From Alphaproteobacteria bacterium UBA6376 (lineage in GTDB: Bacteria; Pseudomonadota; Alphaproteobacteria; Rs-D84), in assembly GCA_002437665.1 (NCBI GenBank), contig DJQW01000002.1, forward strand, positions 80,364 through 144,363: 64,000 nt of DNA, given 5' to 3'. This document shows positions 1 through 10,000 of this stretch, piece by piece. The translations under genes and the position numbers were made by a program. Each line of letters starts with the position of its first letter. The first letter of the stretch is position 1. Under the pieces are notes generated by a model that saw nothing but the letters and a program-made list of their open reading frames with translations, was not told the DNA's origin and did not search any database.

Positions 1-2121
1 CAATCTGATATAATTGCGCCCGTAGGACTTGCGCCGGCGTTATGGTTGCGGCTAGACATCTAATTCCAATCTGATATAATGTGCGACCATCAAGTTCACG
101 GACAAGATTCGTTGCGGCTAGACATCTAATTCCAATCTGATATAATGCATTAAAAATAAGGATAGAACATGATGAAGTTGCGGCTAGACATCTAATTCCA
201 ATCTGATATAATCCAGACGATAAAGTGGACGCGTTGAATGAGGTTGCGGCTAGACATCTAATTCCAATCTGATATAATTGAAATGATAAAACACGCGCCA
301 GCGGTCAAGTTGCGGCTAGACATCTAATTCCAATCTGATATAATGGCTGTGCCACGGCGTAACCAAAAGGAAAAGTTGCGGCTAGACATCTAATTCCAAT
401 CTGATATAATGATAGTAGACGAATACTATGAATAGGAGTAGTTGCGGCTAGACATCTAATTCCAATCTGATATAATCTGTTGGACCAGTACATTAAGATT
501 AAAACAGTTGCGGCTAGACATCTAATTCCAATCTGATATAATAAAAACGTGCACAATAGCACACATAAACCAGTTGCGGCTAGACATCTAATTCCAATCT
601 GATATAATAGAACATGAAAAAAACTTACAATGAAATAAGTTGCGGCTAGACATCTAATTCCAATCTGATATAATCAAGAGATAAAAGACAATGCCGCGAG
701 CATTGTTGCGGCTAGACATCTAATTCCAATCTGATATAATTGCAAGGCAATCAAAAATTCACTCACTGCGGTTGCGGCTAGACATCTAATTCCAATCTGA
801 TATAATCTTGATTTTCTTGATTAAATTTGAAATCAGTTGCGGCTAGACATCTAATTCCAATCTGATATAATTCAGGGTCTAAAATAGGGGCGCGCCATGC
901 TGTTGCGGCTAGACATCTAATTCCAATCTGATATAATTTGTTCAGGTTTGTTTGTAGCAAGTTTTTTGTTGCGGCTAGACATCTAATTCCAATCTGATAT
1001 AATAAATCTGAATAAATCCAGTGTCGCGGGGCTGTTGCGGCTAGACATCTAATTCCAATCTGATATAATGCCGAAACTTGGGCATCGCTGGTTATAAACG
1101 TTGCGGCTAGACATCTAATTCCAATCTGATATAATGTCTATCACTTGCAGGCGAACGACAGCACCGTTGCGGCTAGACATCTAATTCCAATCTGATATAA
1201 TTCAGCCGTCCGCCGCCTGCCCAGCGTTTCTGTTGCGGCTAGACATCTAATTCCAATCTGATATAATCCGCCCAGTTGGCGGAAATTGACGCAATAAGTT
1301 GCGGCTAGACATCTAATTCCAATCTGATATAATCAAGGTTTTGAAATCAGTTTTGTGTGTTTTGTTGCGGCTAGACATCTAATTCCAATCTGATATAATT
1401 ATTGGAAAGAAAATAAAGATAAAATAATAGTTGCGGCTAGACATCTAATTCCAATCTGATATAATTTAAAAAACTGATAAAAGAATCGGGCATTGTTGCG
1501 GCTAGACATCTAATTCCAATCTGATATAATGCTGAACTGCAGTATTTGACATGCGCTCCTGTTGCGGCTAGACATCTAATTCCAATCTGATATAATAACC
1601 AACGCAGACATTGAAAATGAAACTTCGTTGCGGCTAGACATCTAATTCCAATCTGATATAATAAAAACAGAGAACTGATAATACAACAAATAGTTGCGGC
1701 TAGACATCTAATTCCAATCTGATATAATTTCACGGAACTGTGAACGCGGCATAACATTGTTGCGGCTAGACATCTAATTCCAATCTGATATAATTGCCTT
1801 GCAGGCGGTGTACCCGACGCCGTGTTGCGGCTAGACATCTAATTCCAATCTGATATAATAATGCCTTTGTCAGTGCAACGTCTTTAATAGTTGCGGCTAG
1901 ACATCTAATTCCAATCTGATATAATTGTTTGTTTCACGTGTTTGTGCTGCTCCTGGTTGCGGCTAGACATCTAATTCCAATCTGATATAATCTACTTCTC
2001 AACTGCATTACCAGAACCGCGTTGCGGCTAGACATCTAATTCCAATCTGATATAATTCTGGGGGGGTGGCAATGGCGATTAAATGGTTGCGGCTAGACAT
2101 CTAATTCCAATCTGATATAAT
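1..2121 (+). CRISPR. CRISPR array: partial repeat at 1-14, then 32 complete 36-bp repeats (GTTGCGGCTAGACATCTAATTCCAATCTGATATAAT) at 45-80, 111-146 ... 2086-2121, separated by 29-30 bp unique spacers. The array continues beyond the window start.
   Basis: Exact 36-bp direct repeats with a ~66-bp period and unique 29-30-bp spacers were counted directly in the sequence. The repeat length, spacer length, adjacent cas9/cas1/cas2 and a matching tracrRNA anti-repeat indicate type II-C. Each repeat contains TAGACA-N16-TGATATAAT, an extended -10 promoter. Confidence 0.97.
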
Positions 2122-2136
2122 ACATATCAACAAAAT

Positions 2137-2163
2137 CCCCAGTTTTCTGGGGATTTTTGCTAC
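2137..2163 (+). terminator. Intrinsic terminator at the downstream end of the CRISPR array (AAAATCCCCAGTTTTCTGGGGATTTTTG).
   Basis: A GC-rich hairpin (CCCCAG/CTGGGG) followed by a T-run lies immediately after the last repeat and before the cas1 promoter. Confidence 0.7.
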
Positions 2164-2281
2164 ATAACAAAAAAATAAAACGCCCTATTCCACCAGTAAT
2201 ACGATTCGTTTTCTCTATTTTTTTCATCCTGTTGCACGCTACAAGTGTTGACAAAATAAAAAATCGTCCTATATATACAAC

Positions 2282-3181
2282 ATGCAAACAAATATTATAG
2301 AAATTTCTAGTGACAATCGCGAACTATCTGTTCGACGCGGCTTTTTGTGCATTAAAGAACACGGTTGTCTTATTGGCGAAGTACCGTTGGACAGCATATG
2401 TGCCATTATGACAACAGGACGCGCCATTATTTTTACACAAGCCATGATGGCAGCACTGTGCGAAAACGGGATTCCATTGGTCATTATAGGAAATAATTAT
2501 AACCCCATAGGCATAATGACGCCACTGGTTGGCCAAAATCGCCAAATGGCAGTGCAACACATTCAAATAAAAACATCACGGCCACTGGAAAAACAACTGT
2601 GGCGACGTATTGTCCAAGAAAAGATTCGCAACCAATCGCGGATACTGGACAAATACGGGAAAGACAACCGTATCAAACATATTCCTGCGGCTGTATTATC
2701 TGGCGACAGCAACAACATGGAAGGAGTTGCCGCCAGAATGTACTTTACCAGTTTATTCGACTCTGATTTTTTACGTGATCACAACGCCGGTGGAATCAAT
2801 GCGTTTTTAAATTATGGTTATGCCATTTTACGTGGTGCTATGGCACGTTTAGTTGTGGCCAGCGGTTTGAACCCATCATATGGTATAGAGCATCACAATC
2901 AAATGAACCCCATGTGTTTGGTTGATGATTTGATGGAGGTGTATCGCCCAATCATAGATGCAATCGTCTATGAAATATTCAACGGCACAGACAATCCTAA
3001 ACGTGAGCTGACGCCAGATGACAAACGAAAAATGTCTGCAGTATTAGAAATGAGCATCCCAACACGAGGCGGTGGAATTTCACCACTGTCCACAATAATG
3101 CAACGCGATGTATGGAACTTTGTAAATTCACTGAAAGAAAAGAAAAACAAATTGGATTTTGAAAATGTCATTAAAAACTGA
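2282..3181 (+). CDS. cas1: Cas1 integrase (type II).
   Basis: 299-aa ORF with a Cas1-like sequence and a conserved acidic/His region (...GIEHHNQMNPMCLVDDLMEVYRP...). It is adjacent to the array and cas2. A -35 TTGACA and a TATATA -10 lie upstream. Confidence 0.9.
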   Translation: MQTNIIEISSDNRELSVRRGFLCIKEHGCLIGEVPLDSICAIMTTGRAIIFTQAMMAALCENGIPLVIIGNNYNPIGIMTPLVGQNRQMAVQHIQIKTSRPLEKQLWRRIVQEKIRNQSRILDKYGKDNRIKHIPAAVLSGDSNNMEGVAARMYFTSLFDSDFLRDHNAGGINAFLNYGYAILRGAMARLVVASGLNPSYGIEHHNQMNPMCLVDDLMEVYRPIIDAIVYEIFNGTDNPKRELTPDDKRKMSAVLEMSIPTRGGGISPLSTIMQRDVWNFVNSLKEKKNKLDFENVIKN

Positions 3182-3503
3182 TGGACTAAAATACATGTGG
3201 ATGATGGTTATGTTTGATTTGCCGACAGATACGAAACGCGAACGTCGCGAGGCGTCCAAGTTTCGCAATTTTCTGCAAGATTTGGGCTTTTCAATGGCGC
3301 AATATTCGGTTTACATGCGTTTTACCGGCACACGCGAAAATTCACAAAAATATGTACATGCTGTAAAACGCAACAACCCACAAACAGGCGATGTAAACAT
3401 ATTGTTCTTCACTGACACGCAGTTCGGTGATATCATTCATCTGGACAAGGCAACTGCCCCAAGTGTATTAGCCACACGCCCAGGACAGTTACAATTATTT
3501 TAA
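3159..3503 (+). CDS. cas2: Cas2. The true start is possibly the ATG at 3195 (MWMMVMFDLP...).
   Basis: ~100-aa protein with the Cas2 N-terminal beta-strand motif (MVMFDLPTDTKRERR...). It overlaps the cas1 3' end, as is typical for a cas1-cas2 operon. Confidence 0.85.
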   Translation: MKMSLKTDGLKYMWMMVMFDLPTDTKRERREASKFRNFLQDLGFSMAQYSVYMRFTGTRENSQKYVHAVKRNNPQTGDVNILFFTDTQFGDIIHLDKATAPSVLATRPGQLQLF

Positions 3504-6500
3504 TCCCAATATTTTTCCAGACGGACTGACACAAACCTTGCGCGCTTTGTGTTCCTGTAACGATGTTGCGCTGGCAATCCATGATTTTGTATCAGCATCT
3601 TCCTTGGCAATGAAATGTGGACGCAGGTACACAGTGCCGCTGCTGTTCAATTTTTTTACACGAAAAACAACATTTACTTTATCTGTTTTCTCTATTGCAC
3701 ATTGATGTGCAACTGTTTCCACCAGCCCTTTTGGTAATTTTGGATCGTCTTTGGAAAATTCCGCCATTACCATATCATTTATACGCAAACTCATTATGCG
3801 CTTTGCTGTGGCATATTTATGACGCCACAGTGGTGCACCAGCATTTAATTGGGCGTTATAATTAGATAAAATCTCCACCTGCCAGCGACCACGCAATTTT
3901 GGATAGCGGGTATCATCATCACGAATTTCAAATATCTCTGCACAGAAATTATTACCACCAACATACCACTTGTACGCCTGCTTGGCAGCATCTTGAAATT
4001 CTTGCAACAAGTGTTTTTCTTTCTCTTGTTGAACAGCACGCAATTTTTTATCCACAATTCCACTGGCAACGCCAGTATTTACATACCAATTCAAATACGC
4101 GGCACGGTAAACGTCACGCTGTTTTTTAGTTCTGAACACAGGCACGTATGTCGTAACATCGACCCCCGTTTTATACATACGAACCTTGCGTATATTTCGC
4201 ATTGCACACCAATCCAAAAACTTGATTGCAATGTCTGGTTCTTCGTTTGCAACACCAGCATCATTCAAAAACATTTGCAGTGTTTTCGGATTCACATTTT
4301 TGAAATCCTTTGCAAACGCTTTTTTGTCTTTATCTGTTGTGGGCAGTTCTTCACGATGCGACATAACCGCATTGACGCCACATCCCCCATCTTCAAAACA
4401 TTCCAGATTATACGCCGTATCCTCATGCAAACATCCAACCGTACTATGTGCATCTTTCGGATTCTTTTGAGATTGACGGTATGAAATAATAGTATTCTCG
4501 CACCGCATTTTGAAATCAAAATAATCAAACCCAGGGAAAGGGGTATGCATATCAGATTTTGCATCAGCTAGTTTCCGCAATATGTTCTCATCAGTACAAG
4601 CAATGACAAAAGCATCAATCGCATGATGAATGTGATTGCCACGGTATTTGGATTCTTCCGCCTTATTCTTCCACCAATTCAAATGCCATTCATCGCGCAA
4701 ACTAGCCGTCAACCGCCCTGGCATACCGTTCACACGATTTTTGTCTGCACACACATGTTGTAAATATGTGACCGCCATACGTGTCATAAATCGCGTATCA
4801 TTCATTGCACGCGCAATGCACTCTTTGCCTTGCAGAAACACATCCATCGCCCCACGATTAAAACGCCATTTCGTAGCATCTGGCAAATTTTGAGCACGCG
4901 CAACCACATCCTCGTATTTCCATGGTGACTTTGGGTCTGAAAAAGCTTCATCTGGGCTACGGTTTCCTTTGAACCGGTTGGCAACGGCCGCAGAAATCGT
5001 TTTATTTGCCATCGAGTCATCAAGTGTACGTGAAAAAGGCAATATATGTTCTATTTCAAACTCTGGGCTAAACAGTTTTTCCTTACTAATTATCTCACCA
5101 GTATAAACGCATCTACGATCCAATGGACTTTTTCCCAAATTCTCCCACAACTTATATTTCTGTATATTTTCACGACAAACCCGAACGCCCATGGCGACCA
5201 ATTCAGTGGCAATACGGTCATTTTCACGCTTATTCGCGGCCTGTTGTTTTTCTATTTCTGCACGTTCATCTGCACCAGCTGATACATCACGCCCCATTTC
5301 AATATTTATTGCATATGGCTCGCCATCAAAACGCGCAATCAAATCGTTGACAACTGCGCGTAACTGGTTCAATGCAATGTGAACCGTGGCATTCATCGTA
5401 CGATAACGCCCCATCTTATCTTGAACCAACGATGGACGTAAAGCCATGACATCGCCATAGTATGGCAATGTATCTAAATGCACTATTCCCCTATCAGCAT
5501 GATCATAACCTGCTTCTTTTGCCGCAATGTGATACAAATGCCCCTGTTCCAAGAACGGCAACATTTTTTGCATTGCACACACAGACAAATTTGCAACCCC
5601 ATCTTCAAACGGTTGCTGAATTAATTTTTCTGCTTTATCTTGCGAAATACCATATTCATGCGCCAGATAATCCACCAAATCAGAATCGGACAATTCATCA
5701 TCATTCAGATGTGCCAAAACCTGCGATTTTACATTATCTGTACAAGCACGCCAGAAATCTGCCAATTCACATTCAGCAAATGCAAATGCCGTTGCATCAA
5801 CATCCATATCCTTACGCTTTTCAGATTCCAGATTAAATTTTGTATTACGTGATAAACCCAACAACTTCTTAACTTCCGCAAATGTTATCTTGGGACGCCC
5901 CGACTTATCACGTTTTACCCCACAAAATGTAGCCAGTAAAGCATCTTGCAACTTTTCGCGCTGTTCTGCGGTCAATTCCTTTATTTCGCCATTGTTGATA
6001 ATTCGTAATTGATTTATCTGTTGCAGAACACGAAAACGCTGAAACACAGGTTCAAATTTATACGCACGTGGCTGATCTAATTCAAACATGCACGTTCCAA
6101 TTTCTGGTGGCACCAACGGTCGCTGATGAAATATAGCATATTCAAACTGTTGCCGCATGTCATCTGACATATTTTGTACTGAACATATACGATTAAATTC
6201 GTCAAGGTACATATCACGCGTCGGATAAAGAGCACCATCTTTGATTTTATTACCATCAAATTGATCTGCAAACCGATAACGCTTTGAATCCACCTGAAAT
6301 TCACCCAAGGTTTTATCACCTATGGCATCATGCAATGCCAATGTCGCCTTTTTTAATTTGCCACCAGAATCCCCTCTGGTTTCCTTGCGATTACTTTTGA
6401 AACCACGGCGCAATGCCAGATGAAATAGAACACGCCCCAACTCTGCGGACGACAGTTTATCAGAAACCGCCCTTGCACGCAAAACATACGGATCTTCTAA

Positions 6501-6776
6501 TTTGATATCTGCACTAATATCGAAATCCAGACCATATTTATGAATCAATTGCAAGACACGCTTTTTACGTAGCAGTACGCGATCACCACGTCTGCGCATC
6601 TGACGATGTTCACGCCGAATAACATTAATTGGCTTGTGACTCTTCGCATCTCGCCCATCTGGGAATATACGCACCCCCATATCAACCAAACTCGTTATTT
6701 GGTCTGCTTCATTCAGTTCTACGACAGCCCACCCCAACGAGGTACTACCCAAATCCAAACCAATTTTATATTTCAT
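3495..6776 (-). CDS. cas9: Cas9 endonuclease, type II-C, 1093 aa. The RuvC and HNH motifs are intact.
   Basis: N-terminal RuvC-I motif IGLDLGSTSLGWAV (Asp8). HNH motif EIEHILPFSRTLDDSMANKTISAAVANRFKGNRSP. RuvC-III HHAIDA. The size is typical of compact II-C Cas9. No csn2 or cas4 is present. The stop codon overlaps the cas2 stop region by 9 bp (convergent). Confidence 0.95.
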   Translation of the reverse strand: MKYKIGLDLGSTSLGWAVVELNEADQITSLVDMGVRIFPDGRDAKSHKPINVIRREHRQMRRRGDRVLLRKKRVLQLIHKYGLDFDISADIKLEDPYVLRARAVSDKLSSAELGRVLFHLALRRGFKSNRKETRGDSGGKLKKATLALHDAIGDKTLGEFQVDSKRYRFADQFDGNKIKDGALYPTRDMYLDEFNRICSVQNMSDDMRQQFEYAIFHQRPLVPPEIGTCMFELDQPRAYKFEPVFQRFRVLQQINQLRIINNGEIKELTAEQREKLQDALLATFCGVKRDKSGRPKITFAEVKKLLGLSRNTKFNLESEKRKDMDVDATAFAFAECELADFWRACTDNVKSQVLAHLNDDELSDSDLVDYLAHEYGISQDKAEKLIQQPFEDGVANLSVCAMQKMLPFLEQGHLYHIAAKEAGYDHADRGIVHLDTLPYYGDVMALRPSLVQDKMGRYRTMNATVHIALNQLRAVVNDLIARFDGEPYAINIEMGRDVSAGADERAEIEKQQAANKRENDRIATELVAMGVRVCRENIQKYKLWENLGKSPLDRRCVYTGEIISKEKLFSPEFEIEHILPFSRTLDDSMANKTISAAVANRFKGNRSPDEAFSDPKSPWKYEDVVARAQNLPDATKWRFNRGAMDVFLQGKECIARAMNDTRFMTRMAVTYLQHVCADKNRVNGMPGRLTASLRDEWHLNWWKNKAEESKYRGNHIHHAIDAFVIACTDENILRKLADAKSDMHTPFPGFDYFDFKMRCENTIISYRQSQKNPKDAHSTVGCLHEDTAYNLECFEDGGCGVNAVMSHREELPTTDKDKKAFAKDFKNVNPKTLQMFLNDAGVANEEPDIAIKFLDWCAMRNIRKVRMYKTGVDVTTYVPVFRTKKQRDVYRAAYLNWYVNTGVASGIVDKKLRAVQQEKEKHLLQEFQDAAKQAYKWYVGGNNFCAEIFEIRDDDTRYPKLRGRWQVEILSNYNAQLNAGAPLWRHKYATAKRIMSLRINDMVMAEFSKDDPKLPKGLVETVAHQCAIEKTDKVNVVFRVKKLNSSGTVYLRPHFIAKEDADTKSWIASATSLQEHKARKVCVSPSGKILGLK

Positions 6777-6836
6777 AACTGTTTCCTTTCATCTCGTCAT
6801 AAATTCTACAAAATCAATATCTGAAAAGCAAATTAT

Positions 6837-6864
6837 TTGACTTATTATATTAGGACGCTATAAT
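6837..6864 (+). promoter_or_regulatory. Promoter for the tracrRNA (TTGACT-N16-TATAAT).
   Basis: Near-consensus sigma70 hexamers lie directly upstream of the anti-repeat-containing transcript. Confidence 0.6.
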
Positions 6865-6870
6865 TATGGT

Positions 6871-6990
6871 GGTGAAAGAAAATAACACTAAAATCAAGTT
6901 GGAATTAGATGTCTAGTCGTTAATAAGAACCTCTTGCAAGAGAGGAGATTTCACCATTAAAAACGGACACTTCGGTGTCCGTTTATTTTA
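6871..6990 (+). ncRNA. tracrRNA: tracrRNA: anti-repeat at 6899-6923, nexus-like hairpin at 6930-6945, and an intrinsic terminator hairpin at 6958-6989.
   Basis: TTGGAATTAGATGTCTAGTCGTTAA is complementary (one G:U wobble) to the first 20-25 nt of the CRISPR repeat. It is followed by CCTCTTGCAAGAGAGG and AAAACGGACACTTCGGTGTCCGTTTATTTT. It is divergent from cas9. The 5' end is approximate. Confidence 0.85.
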
Positions 6991-6999
6991 CAAAAAATC

Positions 7000-7023
7000 A
7001 CCCCGCGGTGCGGGGTGTTTTTC
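7000..7023. terminator. Bidirectional terminator hairpin (CACCCCGCGGTGCGGGGTG) shared by the tracrRNA and the convergent autotransporter gene.
   Basis: The palindrome is flanked by A-runs upstream and T-runs downstream. Confidence 0.6.
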
Positions 7024-10000
7024 TTAGAAGCGGTATGATCCGGAAACCTTGATATTATGCAGTTGAATATCTTGGTTATACTGGTAACGGTAATCCAGAC
7101 CAATCTGCAAGCCACTGGCCGACAGCATTTCTACGCCACCGCCGATGTTCGCCCACATTGGATCGATATCAATATCATACTTTGTGAACGAATTTGCGAC
7201 CGAGAATTTATATTTCGCGTTGTCTGGCGCGCCCAACACATCGTATTCGATTCCGATTGTCGCATATGGGCGAATCTGGAACCATGCCGATGGATAGATA
7301 CGCTTTTGCGCGGTCAACGAATACCCAGGTGTAAAGATCAGATACCCGTCGGATTCCATGTCCATATAATCGTGGCCACGGGCCTTTTCCGTCAGCGAGA
7401 ATCCAAAGTTATACCCAACGCGCGCATACATATTGCCAACAACATACTGGTTCAGCCAATCATGCAGCAAGCCCCATTCACTGGTGAATGCAACGTCATA
7501 GCCCGTACCATCAATCGCGCCATTTATATATGTCTGGTGACGTGTGGTATCCAACACATGGATGTCCAAGAACGCATTACCATAAACGCGTGTTTTTTCG
7601 CCCAATGTCTGCATCAAATAACCACCCAGACCGATGTTGGTATCTGCAACCTTGACATCAACATTGCCGGCGATGAACGGATTTTCAACGGTATAGCCCA
7701 AATTCATAGAATCCGAGTTGTCCGCCGACATGTGCGATATACGCCCTGTCAACCCCAGAATCAAAGTTTCAGAATGCTGCCAGTCAAATCCACCCGCGAC
7801 GTTGATACGGTTACCATCAACGCGTTTGCCATCGGACACTTTCTGGTTGAACATACCAAATTCCGCATCAACCCATGCCTTTTTCAGGTTGCGGTTACGA
7901 TTCCAGATAAATTCGTCAAACATGCGGTCTTCGAATGAACGGAAATTAGTGTGTTCATTCAAGACAATGCTGCCCACGACCTGTTCGATTTCACGTGGCT
8001 GAACCAAGCGGCTGAAACGTGACAACGCCGTACCATCGCGATTCGTATTATAATCTTCCATACGCTTGTACAGTTCGTTGCCCAACTGTTCCAGATTTGT
8101 GCCACGGAATATCACAGGCAACATTTCCAGCGCATGACGACCATAAAATCCCTTGCCAGCGGCCGCGCCATCCAACATGTCGTCCAACGCGCCTGCGGAC
8201 ATATATTCGCCACTGGTGTGCCCTGGGGTGCGGCCAACAATCGGCTGAATCTTGAACACCTCTACCGGCCCACCAAAGCGTGGATCAAACACCAAATAGA
8301 TACTGTCGTCAATACCATCACCGTCGGTATCACGCACGGTCAGGTATGCAGAATCCGCATCAACCAGCGCACCGCTGAAATAGTCATAACACATCGTGCC
8401 CGTATTGTTGCACACAACAACGTTCAGATTGCGCAGTTTATCGCCCAATTCTGTGATGCCATCGTCTGCATGTACCAGCCAAATTGCATCGCCCACCGTT
8501 GCCAATTCACGCAACGCAACACCAATCTGATCGGTCGCATTTGCAAACCCAGTCGATGGATTACGCGACAGCGTCAAATCAGATGTGAACGCACCATCAA
8601 CCTGAATCAATGCACCCGCATTGCCGTCTGTGGCGTTTGTGATGCGCCCCAGCGTGTTATCGTCCGCCAAACTGACCGATGACCAGTAATTGCGTGTTGG
8701 TGCGGTCAGCACATCACGACGTCTGACATCAACGTACAGGCCACTGTCGTTATCAAACAGATAGTTGCCACCAATCGTCATTTCTTGCAAGCCACCAAAG
8801 CGCGCGCCGCCAGAAACATTACCGGTAACGCCCACGGTCAGGCCCGCGTTTGAATACACACGCATGTTTTTGACGTCAATATTACCCGCAACCGTCAGGT
8901 CAGTCGTATTGATGTCCAGCGCACCCGATGTTTGCTGAATATTACCGCCCACAATCACATTAGACGCAGACAGTGCATAACTGTCGCCGGTGATATTTGC
9001 ATCACGCACCGCGATTGTCCCAGCATAATTCTGGTACAAGTTTTTGACTGTAAATGCACCCGCAGATTTCATACCCGCGCCCGACAATGTTGCCGTGCCA
9101 TTATTGGCAAAGTAATCAACATTTGCCACATCCGCGCCCGATGCAATCGTCAAATCGCCATCATTGTCAACCGCACCCAGTGTCATACCACGTGCCGCAT
9201 TCAGTGTCAAAGTACCCTTGTTTGAAATGCCCCCAAATGCGATGCTGGAATTTTCAGACGAAATCGACGTTGTCGCGCCCGCCGCAACATTCGCCGCGCC
9301 GGTAAATGCGACCGCGTTTTTAACGTCGTATGCAACCGTACCGGTGTCGGCCATCAACGCGCCAGTGGCTGTCAAACTGCCCGCGGTGACGTTTGTGTTG
9401 CCAACAATGCTCAGCCCAGATGCCGCCGCACCTGCAACGTCAGATGCGTGTGTTATGTTACCCGCAACAGAAATCAAATCATCAGACGTGATTGTTGGCG
9501 CATTGATAACCGCACTGCCCCCCGACACGGTCAGCATCGCCATATTCAATTTTTCCGCCGAAATATTCAGTTTCAGATTTGATTCAATCGCACCCGCGGT
9601 AATAGAATCCGCCGCAACCAAATTCAATGTGCCGGTATTGTCAATCTGGCCAATGGTCAGGTCAGACGCACTGTTGATATTGGCGTTACCACTGCTGGCC
9701 AATGCGCCCATATCAATGGTTGCGCCGTTGATTGTCAATGTGCCGCCGTTGCTGGTCTGGCCACCGATTTTAGCGGTGCCCACCGCATCAATTTTAACCG
9801 TGCCATTGGTCGCCAACGCGCCATCCATTGTGAAATCTTGGTGTGACGTCAATGTCAACGTTTTACCATTGGCGATTGTCACGCTGTCAAAAGACATGCC
9901 CCCCACGCTGGTTTCCATGGTGTATTCGTTGCCACTGATAACCATTCCGGTCATCCCCCATGTCGGCGTCGCATCGTTAAACAACAATTCGCCACCAACA

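Noticed and set aside
305-1838. ORF-track ORFs 305..562, 778..960 and 1437..1838 (minus strand) inside the CRISPR array.
   Set aside because: Their periodic LYQIGIRCLAAT peptides are simply the translated repeat. These are an artefact of the tandem repeats, not genes.
2137-2281. Searched for a csn2 or cas4 gene, or a fourth cas gene, between the array and cas1, or flanking cas9.
   Set aside because: There are only 145 bp of non-coding sequence (terminator plus promoter). Cas9 is flanked directly by cas2 and the tracrRNA, consistent with subtype II-C and not II-A/II-B.
3480-3520. The possibility that the Neisseria DNA uptake sequence (GCCGTCTGAA) is present, which would support a Neisseria origin given the dRS3-like repeats.
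   Set aside because: Only a partial reverse-complement resemblance (TTCCAGACGGA) occurs here. No exact DUS was seen anywhere in 64 kb, whereas a Neisseria genome would average ~1 per kb. CcrM and CarD also point away from Neisseriaceae.
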